Of a stretch of DNA of 64,000 nucleotides, positions 9,547-22,569 are shown piece by piece. The notes beneath the pieces were generated by a model, which was not told the origin of the DNA, did no database searches, and saw only the letters and a list, made by a program, of their open reading frames with translations. A program made the position numbers and the translations under genes. This stretch comes from Hydrurus foetidus (lineage: Eukaryota): positions 62,001 through 126,000 of the forward strand of contig UYFQ01000732.1 in NCBI GenBank assembly GCA_900617105.1, written 5' to 3'. Every line of letters starts with the position of its first letter. Within the stretch, counting starts at the first letter, position 1.

Positions 9547-11517
9547 TCAGACGTCGATTTCCACCGAGTCGCCGTGCAGCTCCATCAGCTCGCGCCGGGC
9601 CGCAGCCTCGCCCTTGCCCATGAGCTTGGTGATCAGCGCCTCGGTGGCACCAAAGTCAATCGCGCCCAGCATCACCGGCAACAGGCGGCGGGTGTCGGGG
9701 TTCAGCGTGGTGTCCCACAGCTGCTCGGCGTTCATCTCGCCCAAGCCCTTGAAGCGGCTGATGCTCCAGGCGCCTTCACGCACGCCTTCCTTGCGCAGTT
9801 TGTCCAGGATGGCGGTGAGCTCGCCTGCGTCCAGCGCGTAGGCCTTGCTGGCGGGCTTTTTGCCGCGCGCTGGTGCATCGACCCGGAACAGCGGCGGGCG
9901 CGCCACAAACACATGGCCGGTCTCAATCAGCTTGGGGAAATGGCGGAAGAACAGCGTCAGCAACAGCACCTGGATGTGCGAGCCGTCCACGTCCGCATCG
10001 CTCAGGATGCAGACCTTGCCATAGCGCAGGCCGCTCATGTCAGGGGTGTCGTTGGGGCCGTGGGGGTCTACGCCAATGGCTACCGAGATGTCATGGATTT
10101 CGTTGTTGGCAAACAGGCGGTCACGGTCCACTTCCCAGGTGTTGAGCACCTTGCCGCGCAGCGGCAGAATGGCCTGGTTTTCCTTGTCGCGGCCCATCTT
10201 GGCGCTGCCGCCGGCGGAGTCGCCCTCCACCAGAAACACTTCGTTGTAGGCGATGTCTTTGCTCTCGCAGTCGGTCAGCTTGCCGGGCAACACGGCCACG
10301 CCGCTGCTCTTGCGCTTCTCCACCTTTTGGCCGGCCTTTTGACGGGTTTGCGCGGCCTTGATGGCGAGCTCGGCCAGCTTCTTGCCGTAGTCAACGTGCT
10401 GGTTCAGCCAGAGTTCGAGCGTGGGGCGCACAAAGCTGGACACCAGGCGCACCGCGTCGCGCGAGTTCAGGCGTTCCTTGATTTGGCCCTGGAACTGCGG
10501 GTCCAGCACCTTGGCGCTCAGCACATAGCTGGCGCGGGCAAACACGTCTTCGGGCATCAGCTTCACGCCCTTGGGCAGCAGACTGTGCAGCTCGATAAAG
10601 CTCTTCACCGCGGTGAACAGGCCATCGCGCAGGCCGCTCTCGTGCGTGCCGCCGGCGCTGGTGGGAATCAAATTGACATAGCTCTCACGCACCGGCGCGC
10701 CATCTTCGGTAAAGGCCACGCACCAGCTGGCGCCCTCGCCTTCGGCAAAGTTGTCGCTCTGCGCATCAGCAAAGCCTTCGCCGTCAAACAGCGGAATGAC
10801 GGGGTCGCCATTCAGGGTCTGCATCAAATAGTCTTTGAGGCCGCCCTTGTAGAGCCAGTTTTGGCTTTCCTTGGTCTTCTCGTTCACCAGCGTCACGCTG
10901 ACGCCGGGCATGAGCACGGCCTTGCTGCGCAGCAGGTGGGTCAGCTCGCTCATGGGCAGCACGGGGGATTCGAAATACTTTGGGTCGGGCCAGACGCGCA
11001 CCGTAGTCCCCTGCTTGCGGTCGCCCTCGCCGGCCTTGCGGATCTCCAGCGCCTCGGTCACGTCGCCACCCTCAAACGCCAGGCGAGCCACCGAACCTTC
11101 GCGGTAGCTGGTGGCTTCCAGGCGCTTGCCCAGCGCGTTGGTGACCGACACGCCTACGCCGTGCAAGCCGCCCGAGAAGCTGTAGGCCCCGCCCTTGCCT
11201 TTGTCGAACTTGCCACCGGCGTGCAGGCGGGTGAACACCAGTTCTATGACTGGGGCGTTTTCTTCGGGGTGCATGCCAAACGGGATGCCGCGGCCATCGT
11301 CCTCGATGCCCACCGAGCCGTCGGCGTGCAGGGTGACCTTGATCTTCTTGCCGTGGCCGGCCAGCGCTTCGTCGGCGGCGTTGTCCAGCACCTCCTGGAT
11401 CACGTGCAAGGGGTTGTCGGTGCGGGTGTACATGCCCGGGCGCTGTTTGACGGGCTCCAGGCCCTTGAGCACACGGATCGACGCTTCAGAATATTCGGGG
11501 GGTGGTTTCACTGCCAT
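9547..11517 (-). CDS. parE: DNA topoisomerase IV subunit B
   Basis: EVLDNAADE, LHAGGKF, VEGDSAGGSAK, DADVDGSHI; start set at ATG 11517 (MAVKPPPEYSEASIRVL). Confidence 0.97.
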   Translation of the reverse strand: MAVKPPPEYSEASIRVLKGLEPVKQRPGMYTRTDNPLHVIQEVLDNAADEALAGHGKKIKVTLHADGSVGIEDDGRGIPFGMHPEENAPVIELVFTRLHAGGKFDKGKGGAYSFSGGLHGVGVSVTNALGKRLEATSYREGSVARLAFEGGDVTEALEIRKAGEGDRKQGTTVRVWPDPKYFESPVLPMSELTHLLRSKAVLMPGVSVTLVNEKTKESQNWLYKGGLKDYLMQTLNGDPVIPLFDGEGFADAQSDNFAEGEGASWCVAFTEDGAPVRESYVNLIPTSAGGTHESGLRDGLFTAVKSFIELHSLLPKGVKLMPEDVFARASYVLSAKVLDPQFQGQIKERLNSRDAVRLVSSFVRPTLELWLNQHVDYGKKLAELAIKAAQTRQKAGQKVEKRKSSGVAVLPGKLTDCESKDIAYNEVFLVEGDSAGGSAKMGRDKENQAILPLRGKVLNTWEVDRDRLFANNEIHDISVAIGVDPHGPNDTPDMSGLRYGKVCILSDADVDGSHIQVLLLTLFFRHFPKLIETGHVFVARPPLFRVDAPARGKKPASKAYALDAGELTAILDKLRKEGVREGAWSISRFKGLGEMNAEQLWDTTLNPDTRRLLPVMLGAIDFGATEALITKLMGKGEAAARRELMELHGDSVEIDV

Positions 11518-11550
11518 AGACTTCCATTGTAGTGCGGGGGATTGAAATAC

Positions 11551-11566
11551 CTGTATAAACATACAG
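11551..11566. promoter_or_regulatory. LexA (SOS) box upstream of parE
   Basis: CTGTATAAACATACAG = CTGT-N8-ACAG; a minus-strand TACAAT -10 lies at 11526-11531. Confidence 0.75.
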
Positions 11567-11642
11567 AAACCTCGCCATCCCCTTCCACCCATCTGTCACT
11601 GCCGCTTCAGCAATTGGCCGGCAAACTGGCTACAGTGCACGC

Positions 11643-12857
11643 ATGACCCAACCCAGCAAGCCGCTTTCCATCGTTCAGGTTCTGGCCTGCGGTGCCGCCA
11701 TCGTCACCCTGTCCATGGGCATACGCCATGGATTTGGCCTGTGGCTGCAGCCCATCACCCAAGCCCAGGGTTGGACGCGCGAAACCTTTGCCTTTGCCAT
11801 CGCCATCCAGAACCTGACCTGGGGCATCGCCGGCATCTTTGCCGGTATGGTGGCCGACCGGTTTGGTGCCTTCCGCGTGATTCTGGTGGGCTCAGTGCTG
11901 TACGCGCTCGGGCTGGTGGGCATGGCCCACGCCAGCACCCCGCTGCTATTCACCTTGTCTAGTGGCGTGTTGATTGGTATCGCCCAAGCCGGCACCACCT
12001 ATGCGGTGATCTACGGGGTGATCGGCCGCAATGTGTCGGCCGACAAGCGCTCTTGGGCCATGGGGGTGGCCGCTGCTGCGGGCTCGTTTGGCCAGTTTTT
12101 GATGGTGCCGACCGAGGGCTTTTTGATCGGCCACATGGGCTGGCAAGAGGCGCTGGTGATTCTGGGCGCCGCTTCGCTGCTGATGATTCCGCTGGCCTGG
12201 GGTTTGAAAGAATCCAGTTTCGCGGGCAATACAGCCCCCAAACGCGAGCAATCCATCGTCCAGGCCCTGCGCGAGGCTTTCAAGTACCCCAGCTTTCAGT
12301 TGCTGATGGCGGGCTACTTTGTCTGCGGCTTTCAGGTGGTGTTTATTGGCGTGCACATGCCCAGCTACCTGAAAGACAAGGGCCTGTCGCCCCAAGTGGC
12401 GAGCTACGCACTGGCGCTGATCGGCCTGTTCAATGTGTTTGGCACCTACGCCGCAGGGGTATTGGGCCAAAAAATGCCCAAGAAAAACATCCTCGCCTTT
12501 ATTTACCTGGCCCGTGCCATCGCCATCAGTGTGTTTCTGATCGTGCCGCTGACGCCGGCCAGCGTTTACGTGTTCTCGTCCGTCATGGGTCTGCTGTGGC
12601 TGTCCACCATTCCGCCCACCAATGCCACCGTGGCGCAGATCTTTGGGGTGGCCCACCTGTCCATGTTGGGTGGCTTTGTGTTCTTCAGCCACCAGATCGG
12701 TTCATTCATGGGCGTCTGGCTCGGTGGTTTCTTGTACGACAAGACCGGCAGCTACGACGTCGTCTGGTACATCGCCATCGTGCTGGGCGTGCTGGCCGCG
12801 CTGGTGAACCTGCCAGTGCGCGAGGCCCCCATCCAGCGCACTGCGCTGGCGCATTGA
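11643..12857 (+). CDS. MFS transporter
   Basis: About 12 hydrophobic segments; GMVADRFGAFR motif A. Confidence 0.92.
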   Translation: MTQPSKPLSIVQVLACGAAIVTLSMGIRHGFGLWLQPITQAQGWTRETFAFAIAIQNLTWGIAGIFAGMVADRFGAFRVILVGSVLYALGLVGMAHASTPLLFTLSSGVLIGIAQAGTTYAVIYGVIGRNVSADKRSWAMGVAAAAGSFGQFLMVPTEGFLIGHMGWQEALVILGAASLLMIPLAWGLKESSFAGNTAPKREQSIVQALREAFKYPSFQLLMAGYFVCGFQVVFIGVHMPSYLKDKGLSPQVASYALALIGLFNVFGTYAAGVLGQKMPKKNILAFIYLARAIAISVFLIVPLTPASVYVFSSVMGLLWLSTIPPTNATVAQIFGVAHLSMLGGFVFFSHQIGSFMGVWLGGFLYDKTGSYDVVWYIAIVLGVLAALVNLPVREAPIQRTALAH

Positions 12858-12858
12858 C

Positions 12859-12984
12859 GTGACCCTGCCCCGTCGCCTGATCCTCTGGAGCGTCGCCGCT
12901 GCGGCGTTGCTGGGCGTGTTTTACCTGTACACCCAACCTGATTTTCTGGTCCAGCTGGCCAATCAGGTGTGGGCCTGTTTTTGA
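12859..12984 (+). CDS. Small membrane protein (41 aa), below the ORF-track cutoff
   Basis: GTG 1 nt after the MFS stop; MTLPRRLILWSVAAAALLGVFYLYTQPDFLVQLANQVWACF; fills the gap in the operon. Confidence 0.65.
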   Translation: MTLPRRLILWSVAAAALLGVFYLYTQPDFLVQLANQVWACF

Positions 12985-12994
12985 TAGTCCCCGC

Positions 12995-13819
12995 ATGACC
13001 GATAGCCTGAACACCACCATCATCACCGGCGCCTCGGATGGCATTGGGGCAGAAATGGCACGCCAGTTGGCCCGCCAGCACGGGGCCAAAGGCGCGCTGG
13101 TGCTGGCAGCGCGCAACGCCGAGCCTCTGCATACGGTTGCCCAGCAGTGCACCGACCTGGGTGCCCAGGTGCTGGTGGTGCCCACCGACGTGTCGGTAGA
13201 AGCCCAGTGCCGCCACCTGGTAGAACAAACCATGCAACGCTTTGGCCGGGTAGACGCACTGATCAACAACGCGGGCATCTCGGCCCAGGCCCTGTTCAGC
13301 GATGTAAAGGCCGAAGACCTGGGCTGGTACGAACAACTCATGCGCGTCAACCTGTGGGGCAGCGTGTGGTGTACCCACGCAGCCCTGCCCCATCTGAAGG
13401 CCAGCCGCGGCCACATCGTGGCCGTGTCGTCGCTGGCCGGGCTGGTGGGCGTGCCCGGGCGCACGGCCTACAGCGCGTCCAAATTTGCCATGGCGGGCTT
13501 CTTTGAGGCGCTTCGCACCGAGCTGCGCGGCGCGGGTGTCAGCGTCACCACGGCCTACCCCGGCGTGGTGCTGACCAATATCCGCAGCCGTGGCCTCAAT
13601 GCCGTCGGCCAGGCGGCAGGCTCCAGCGGCCTGAAGGAAGACAAGGCCATGACGGTAGAAAAATGTGCGCGGCTGATTCTGGACGGCATGGCCCGGCGCG
13701 AGCGCGAAGTGGTGATGACGACCGCCGGAAAGCTGGGGCGCTTCGTCAAACTGCTGCTGCCGGGTATGGTGGAAAAGATGGCGATGGCGGCGCTCAAAGA
13801 CCACGTTAAACCGCAATGA
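12995..13819 (+). CDS. SDR-family oxidoreductase
   Basis: TGASDGIG, NNAG, YSASK. Confidence 0.95.
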   Translation: MTDSLNTTIITGASDGIGAEMARQLARQHGAKGALVLAARNAEPLHTVAQQCTDLGAQVLVVPTDVSVEAQCRHLVEQTMQRFGRVDALINNAGISAQALFSDVKAEDLGWYEQLMRVNLWGSVWCTHAALPHLKASRGHIVAVSSLAGLVGVPGRTAYSASKFAMAGFFEALRTELRGAGVSVTTAYPGVVLTNIRSRGLNAVGQAAGSSGLKEDKAMTVEKCARLILDGMARREREVVMTTAGKLGRFVKLLLPGMVEKMAMAALKDHVKPQ

Positions 13820-14394
13820 GCATGAGCAACCCGGAACATGGCAGTCTGCCAGCCTCACCATGGATCCAACGCTGGAGTCATCTGCTGGCCCCGGACGCCA
13901 CGGTATTGGATGTAGCCTGCGGCACAGGCCGGCACCTGGAATGGTTTCACCGTCGGGGCCATGCCGTGACCGGGATAGACCGCGACACGGCACTGGCTGC
14001 AAAGCGCGTACCCCACGCCACCTTGGTGCAGGCAGACGTCGAAAATGCCCCGTGGCCACTGCGGCAAGGCGCGGGACCACGGCAGTTTGGCGCTGTCGTA
14101 GTCACCAATTACCTGTGGCGCTCTTTGCTACCCACGCTCGTGGCCAGCCTGGCTCCGGGCGGTCTGCTGCTGTATGAGACCTTCGCCACAGGCAACGAAA
14201 CTGTGGGGCGGCCCAGCCGCCCCGATTTCCTGCTGCAGCCCGGTGAGTTGCTCAGCGCATGTGCCGGTTTGCAGGTGGTAGCCTATGAAAATGGCTACCT
14301 GGACCAGCCGCCGCGGTTTGTACAACGTATCGCCGCGGTGCGTATCTTTACCCCCGCGACATCCGGGGCTCTGCCGGCCCGGCATGCACTCTAG
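13816..14394 (+). CDS. Class I SAM-dependent methyltransferase
   Basis: VLDVACGTGRH motif I. Confidence 0.88.
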   Translation: MSMSNPEHGSLPASPWIQRWSHLLAPDATVLDVACGTGRHLEWFHRRGHAVTGIDRDTALAAKRVPHATLVQADVENAPWPLRQGAGPRQFGAVVVTNYLWRSLLPTLVASLAPGGLLLYETFATGNETVGRPSRPDFLLQPGELLSACAGLQVVAYENGYLDQPPRFVQRIAAVRIFTPATSGALPARHAL

Positions 14395-14428
14395 TTAAAA
14401 TGCCCGTTTACCGAACAATCCACTCGAC

Positions 14429-15325
14429 ATGAACGCTTCTACAGGTCCAATCCGGGGCAGCATCGTAGCCCTCATTACCCCGATGCTCGACGACGGCTCC
14501 GTGGACTACCCCGCGCTGCGCAAGTTGATCGACTGGCACATCGCAGAAGGCACCGACTGCATTGGCGTGGTCGGCACCACGGGGGAGTCCCCCACAGTGA
14601 GTGTGGAAGAGCATTGCGAGATCATCCGCGTGTCTGTCGAGCAGGCCGCAGGCCGCGTGCCCATCATGGCCGGTTGCGGTGGCAATTCCACCCGCGAAGC
14701 CATTGCCCTGGCCAAGTTTGCCAAAGGTGTGGGGGCTGACTGCCAACTGCAGGTCGTGCCCTACTACAACAAGCCCACGCAAGAGGGCCAGTTCCAGCAT
14801 TTCAAGGCAATTGCCGAGGCCACGGGCGATCTGCCCATCGTTCTGTACAACGTGCCGGGCCGCTCTGTGGCCGATATGGCACATGACACCGTGCTGCGTC
14901 TGGCCGAAGTGCCCGGCATCATCGGTATCAAGGAAGCGACAGGCAACATCGAACGCGCCCAGTGGTTGATCAAGGATGCGCCCAAACATTTCTCCATCTA
15001 CTCGGGCGATGACCCGACCGCCGTAGCGCTGATGCTGTGCGGTGGCCATGGCAACGTGAGCGTGACCGCCAATGTGGCGCCCCGCCTGATGCACGAGCTG
15101 TGCGTGGCCGCCATCGCTGGCAATGTAGCGCGCGCGATGGAAATCCAGTTGCAACTGCTGCCCCTGCACAAGGCGCTGTTCGTTGAATCCAACCCCATCC
15201 CCGTGAAGTGGGCCGTGGCCCGCATGGGCCATTCCAAGCAGGCCTTGCGCCTGCCTTTGACACAACTCACACCGGCCAACCAGCCCGTTGTCGAGACGGT
15301 GCTCAAAGCTGCCGGACTGATCTAA
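14429..15325 (+). CDS. dapA: 4-hydroxy-tetrahydrodipicolinate synthase
   Basis: GTTGES, PYYNKP, LYNVPGR, GIKEA. Confidence 0.97.
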   Translation: MNASTGPIRGSIVALITPMLDDGSVDYPALRKLIDWHIAEGTDCIGVVGTTGESPTVSVEEHCEIIRVSVEQAAGRVPIMAGCGGNSTREAIALAKFAKGVGADCQLQVVPYYNKPTQEGQFQHFKAIAEATGDLPIVLYNVPGRSVADMAHDTVLRLAEVPGIIGIKEATGNIERAQWLIKDAPKHFSIYSGDDPTAVALMLCGGHGNVSVTANVAPRLMHELCVAAIAGNVARAMEIQLQLLPLHKALFVESNPIPVKWAVARMGHSKQALRLPLTQLTPANQPVVETVLKAAGLI

Positions 15326-15351
15326 GTCTCCCTTACCGTTCTAGGACATTT

Positions 15352-16434
15352 GTGAATTCCACTTCCAAAGTTTTTCTGCTGGCTGCGGCCGTCGCGCTGG
15401 GGGGCTGCTCGGCCCTGGAAACCGACAAGGTTGACTACCGCAGCACCGGCAAAGCGCCGTCGCTCGACATCCCACCCGATTTGACCCAGTTGTCCAAGGA
15501 CACCCGCTACACCGTCATCGGTGGTGCGGTATCCGCCTCGGGCTACCAAGCCAACCAGGCCGCCACCAGCAAAATGCCTCTTGCGGCACTGGCGGTGGGC
15601 GATGTGCGCATCGAACGTGCCGGCAACCAGCGTTGGCTGGTGGTCAACCGTCCGGCAGATAAGCTGTGGGAGCCAGTGAAGGACTTTTGGCAGGAAAACG
15701 GCTTTCTGCTGGCCATGGACCAGAGCAATCTGGGCATCATGGAAACCGACTGGGCAGAAAACCGCGCCAAGATCCCGCAAGACATGATCCGCAATGCCCT
15801 GGGCAAACTGCTGGACTCGCTGTACTCCACCCCGGAACGCGACAAGTTCCGCACCCGTTTGGAACGCGATGGCAATGGCAACACCGAGATCTTTATCAGC
15901 CACCGCGGCATGCTGGAGGTGTACACCACCAATGGTGAGAAGCAAACCATATGGCAACCCCGCCAGGCTGACCCCGAACTCGAAGCGGAGTTTTTGCGCC
16001 GTTTGATGATCAAGCTCGGCGCGACGCAGGAACAGGCAAAGGCACAAATTGCAGCGAGCGCTGCCAAGCCTACTGCCACCGTAAGTACGGTGAACGGACA
16101 ACCCGCGGTTTTGCTGGAAGAAGGTTTTGACCGCGCTTGGCGCAGAGTGGGGCTGGCGCTGGACCGCACCGGCTTCACCGTAGAAGACCGTGACCGCAAG
16201 CAGGGGATTTACTTTGTGCGCTACGTGGCCAGCACGTCGGAAAACTCGGAACCCGGGTTTTTCAGCAAACTGTTCAGTGGCTCCAGCAAGAACACGCCCC
16301 CAACCAAGTACCAGATTGCCGTGCGCAGCCAGGGTGAAAGCTCCACGGTAAACGTGCTGGACGCCGCTGGCACACCAGAGACCTCGGCCGTCGCACAACG
16401 CATCGTCAAGGTAATTGCCGACGACATCAAGTAA
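15352..16434 (+). CDS. bamC: Outer membrane assembly lipoprotein BamC/NlpB
   Basis: Lipobox LGGC, LDIPPDL motif, dapA-bamC synteny; GTG start at 15352. Confidence 0.9.
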   Translation: MNSTSKVFLLAAAVALGGCSALETDKVDYRSTGKAPSLDIPPDLTQLSKDTRYTVIGGAVSASGYQANQAATSKMPLAALAVGDVRIERAGNQRWLVVNRPADKLWEPVKDFWQENGFLLAMDQSNLGIMETDWAENRAKIPQDMIRNALGKLLDSLYSTPERDKFRTRLERDGNGNTEIFISHRGMLEVYTTNGEKQTIWQPRQADPELEAEFLRRLMIKLGATQEQAKAQIAASAAKPTATVSTVNGQPAVLLEEGFDRAWRRVGLALDRTGFTVEDRDRKQGIYFVRYVASTSENSEPGFFSKLFSGSSKNTPPTKYQIAVRSQGESSTVNVLDAAGTPETSAVAQRIVKVIADDIK

Positions 16435-16440
16435 TTTCCA

Positions 16441-16499
16441 CCTGCGCTGTTTCGGCAGCGCAGGGACGAAAAAAAACCACCTTGCGGTGGTTTTTTTTT
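16441..16499. terminator. GC hairpin followed by a bidirectional rho-independent terminator
   Basis: CCTGCGCTGT-TTCG-GCAGCGCAGG, then A8-CCACC-TTGC-GGTGG-T9 between convergent genes. Confidence 0.88.
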
Positions 16500-16513
16500 C
16501 GTCTGCAAGCAGA

Positions 16514-16696
16514 TTATTGCTTGGCTGGCTCGGAAGCAGTGGCTGCGGGAGCAGCAGGAGCAGCAACAGCAGCAGGCGCTTCAGCAGCAGGAGCTGCAGC
16601 TGGTGCGGGAGCAGCCATAGGAGCTTCTTCTTTTTTACCGCAAGCGGCCAGGGCTGCAGCAGCGATGATGGCTGCCAAAACGAGAGATTTGTTCAT
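16514..16696 (-). CDS. Small Ala/Pro-rich lipoprotein
   Basis: Lipobox LAAC followed by GKKEEAP and an A/P-rich tail. Confidence 0.85.
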   Translation of the reverse strand: MNKSLVLAAIIAAAALAACGKKEEAPMAAPAPAAAPAAEAPAAVAAPAAPAATASEPAKQ

Positions 16697-16852
16697 TTTT
16701 AAAACTAAAGTGAGTTAACGAAACAGTTTCCGGAAATTGTCTAACCAGCAAGCCGGCCAGCCCTGACAAAAAGCGTTCGATTTACTTTTCACCAGAGTTA
16801 TAAATTATACAAGACCTAAATTGGTACCCACGGGTAAACCCTCTTGCCCGAT

Positions 16853-17350
16853 TTACAGCCCCAAAATGGTTGCCGAAAACCCGGGTGAACTTTGCCTGCG
16901 GCACTCTTCGAGTTCTTCGCGCAGCAGCAGCCTGGGCTGCGGTTCCGTACCCGCAACACCCACGCTGCGCGTGACGTCCAGCCGGCGCATGGCCCACGCG
17001 GGGCTCCACAGGGCGCTGGGAAACTCACTGGCGTCCACATGTTTGCAAACACGGCATTCAATGAGGTGATCCCAGATCCCGCGCCATTGCACAAACCGGT
17101 GTTGGTCGCGTTGAACCACGCTATAGCTGCACGCCAGCAGGGTCAGCCGTCCCCCTTTGCGGGACCACGCCTGCAAGGACTCGACCACGGCCTTCTCCCG
17201 CAACGGCCAGTCATCAAAGTCTGCATCGCTCCAGACCATGCTCAGCCAGCCCTCCTGCGCTGCACAGGCCAACGCATTCCGCACCAGTTGCGCAAATTCA
17301 GTGGGGCCCGCGAAGGGGCCGCTCCACAGTGACGAACTCGTGTCAGTCAT
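16853..17350 (-). CDS. Hypothetical protein, coupled to the JmjC gene
   Basis: 165-aa ORF overlapping the JmjC stop codon. Confidence 0.75.
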   Translation of the reverse strand: MTDTSSSLWSGPFAGPTEFAQLVRNALACAAQEGWLSMVWSDADFDDWPLREKAVVESLQAWSRKGGRLTLLACSYSVVQRDQHRFVQWRGIWDHLIECRVCKHVDASEFPSALWSPAWAMRRLDVTRSVGVAGTEPQPRLLLREELEECRRQSSPGFSATILGL

Positions 17351-18473
17351 CGGGATTCAACCAGCCGACGGCGCACCAGTCCTCCATCAAAGCCCGCGCA
17401 CCCGCGCTCAGCCGTTTGACCTCCAATGCAGTCAAGCCTCGGGTATCGGCCAACTGGTGCATGAGCTTGGCATCTTTGCCAGCCGCATCGAAGCTCTCGC
17501 CATTGATGAACACATGGTCAGCGTCATAAAGCATGCGTGTCTTGCGGTCCAGGCGCACCGCGCCATGCACCTCGGCCTCGCCGCCGTCGAACCAGACGTT
17601 CGCCTTGGGCTCGCTCAAGTACTCCCCCAGTGCGCGCGCAACCGCCTTGGGGTCTTGCAAGGCTGCATGCAAGGCCTCCTGGGCAAACTCCATCAACGGT
17701 GCGGGCAAAGCGCCGCTGTGGGCCACCGCGCCTTGTTTGGGATCGCGGTACAAGCTGGGGCTGACCTCGTCCATGGCCTGCTCTGCCAGTCGCTGCAAAA
17801 TTTCCTGCGCCAACTCGGCCCGGTCGGGCGAGCGAAAGCCAATGGAATAGGTCATGCATTCGCCTTCGGCTACACCGTCGTGCGCGTACTTGGGTGGCAA
17901 ATACAGCATATCCCCGGGCTCCAGCACAAATTCTTCTTCAGGTTCGAAGTTCGCCAGGATTTTGAGCGGCATGTCTGGCTGCAGGCTCAGGTCTTTCTGG
18001 CGGCCTATGCGCCAGCGACGGCGGCCATGGGCTTGCAACAAAAACACGTCGTAACTGTCAAAGTGCGGACCGACGCCACCGCCGTCAGAGGCGTAGCTGA
18101 TCATCAAATCGTCCAGGCGCGCATCCGGCACAAAGCGAAACTGGTTGATCAGCGCATGCACCCGCGCATCGTGCAAGTCCACGCCCTGTACCAAGAGCGT
18201 CCACCCGGCCTGTTTGAAAGGCGGCAGCGCTTTGCGCGCAAAGGGACCGTGCTTGAAGCGCCAGCCTTGTGCGCTACCGGCAGTCGCTTGCACCACCAAG
18301 CGCGACTCCACTTCCTCCTGCGCCGCCAGGTCCAACAGCTCGGGGCGATCCAGCAAGGGCTGAAAGCCCGGGATGGCCTGGCGGATGACCAGTGGCTTCT
18401 TCTGCCAGTGGCGTTGCATAAAGGTCTGCGGCGACAAACCGCCCAGGAGTTGCAAGGGTTCTTGAATGTTCAT
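17343..18473 (-). CDS. JmjC/cupin-4 oxygenase (YcfD/RoxA-like)
   Basis: GGVGPHFDSYDVFLLQ, LEPGDMLYLPP..AHDG. Confidence 0.92.
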   Translation of the reverse strand: MNIQEPLQLLGGLSPQTFMQRHWQKKPLVIRQAIPGFQPLLDRPELLDLAAQEEVESRLVVQATAGSAQGWRFKHGPFARKALPPFKQAGWTLLVQGVDLHDARVHALINQFRFVPDARLDDLMISYASDGGGVGPHFDSYDVFLLQAHGRRRWRIGRQKDLSLQPDMPLKILANFEPEEEFVLEPGDMLYLPPKYAHDGVAEGECMTYSIGFRSPDRAELAQEILQRLAEQAMDEVSPSLYRDPKQGAVAHSGALPAPLMEFAQEALHAALQDPKAVARALGEYLSEPKANVWFDGGEAEVHGAVRLDRKTRMLYDADHVFINGESFDAAGKDAKLMHQLADTRGLTALEVKRLSAGARALMEDWCAVGWLNPDD

Positions 18474-18486
18474 GGGACAATTCTGC

Positions 18487-19020
18487 ATGGAAATTACTCA
18501 ACAATGCGTCGTTGCCCTCACCTGGACGCTGAAAGATACATTGGGCGAAGAACTGGACGTTTTGGACGAGCCGGTGGAATTTTTGTTAGGCGGCCATGAT
18601 CTGTTGCCGCCCATCGAAGCCGCCCTGCAAGGCCACGTTGCGGGCGACGCCCTGGACCTGCAGATTGAACCCGATCAAGCGTTTGGCGATTTCAATGACC
18701 AGTTGCTGTTTCTGGAGCCACGCACCCTGTTTCCGGCAGAACTGCAGGAAGGCCTGACCATGGAGGGCCATGCGTTGCCAGAGGGTTGCAACCCGGACGC
18801 CCCCAAAGACGCCTTCTACACCGTCACCGACATCTACCCAGAGCATGTAGTGCTGGACGGCAACCACCCGCTGGCGGGCATTGCCATTCGCATCAGCCTG
18901 AAAGTAGCGTCGGTGCGCGAGGCGACCGAAGAAGAAATCGGCCGCGGTACCACAGGCAGCGGCTTCTTCCGCATCCAGCCAGTGCACGCCTCCGCCCCCG
19001 GCAACGACACGCTGCATTAG
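18487..19020 (+). CDS. slyD: FKBP-type peptidyl-prolyl isomerase (SlyD-like)
   Basis: DGNHPLAG and VREATEEEI motifs. Confidence 0.85.
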   Translation: MEITQQCVVALTWTLKDTLGEELDVLDEPVEFLLGGHDLLPPIEAALQGHVAGDALDLQIEPDQAFGDFNDQLLFLEPRTLFPAELQEGLTMEGHALPEGCNPDAPKDAFYTVTDIYPEHVVLDGNHPLAGIAIRISLKVASVREATEEEIGRGTTGSGFFRIQPVHASAPGNDTLH

Positions 19021-19034
19021 CCGCCACGCAGCTC

Positions 19035-19139
19035 GCCGGGCCTTGCTCAGGAACCCCGCGGAACCGGCTTTGCCGGGCCGCTGGGGTTGTCCCCCTCCGG
19101 GGGAGAGGGGACTACACGCAGTGAGTCCCAACAGGGGGT
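19035..19139. repeat. GC-rich REP-like palindromic element between convergent slyD and dut
   Basis: AACCCC-GCGG..CCGC-TGGGGTT and TCCCCCTC..GAGGGGGA stems; only one copy in the window. Confidence 0.45.
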
Positions 19140-19585
19140 TAACTTTTCCCGGTCGAGCCGTAGCCGCCTTCGCCGCGCTGTGAAGCCTGGAATTCTGACA
19201 CCACGTTGAATTGCGCCTGCACCACCGGCACGATCATGAGTTGCGCAATGCGCTCCATGGGCTGGATGGTGAATTCCACGGTACTGCGGTTCCAGGCGCT
19301 GACCATCAGCTGCCCCTGGTAATCGCTGTCAATCAAACCCACTAGGTTACCCAGCACGATGCCGTGCTTGTGGCCCAGGCCTGAGCGCGGCAGGATCAGC
19401 GCCGCGTAGGCCGGATCTTCCAGGTAAATCGCCATGCCGGTGGGCACCAGTTGCCAGGCGTTGGGCGCGAGGGTCAGCGGCGCATCGAGGCAGGCCCGCA
19501 AGTCCAGCCCAGCGCTGCCGGGAGTGGCATAAGTCGGCAGGTTGTCGTGCAGCCGGCTGTCGAGGATCTTGACGTCAATTTTCAT
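19139..19585 (-). CDS. dut: dUTPase
   Basis: [31 protein letters not shown]. Confidence 0.97.
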   Translation of the reverse strand: MKIDVKILDSRLHDNLPTYATPGSAGLDLRACLDAPLTLAPNAWQLVPTGMAIYLEDPAYAALILPRSGLGHKHGIVLGNLVGLIDSDYQGQLMVSAWNRSTVEFTIQPMERIAQLMIVPVVQAQFNVVSEFQASQRGEGGYGSTGKS

Positions 19586-19594
19586 GGGATAGGT

Positions 19595-22568
<2,974 letters not shown>

Positions 22569-22569
<1 letters not shown>

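Noticed and set aside
9574..11532. 652-aa plus-strand ORF, and similar long antisense ORFs over pyrG, bamC, the Bug gene and mutL
   Set aside because: These are shadow frames of well-supported genes in high-GC DNA and show no protein motifs.
16514..16696. GCAGCAGGA-type short tandem repeats
   Set aside because: They are explained by the Ala/Pro codons of the small lipoprotein.
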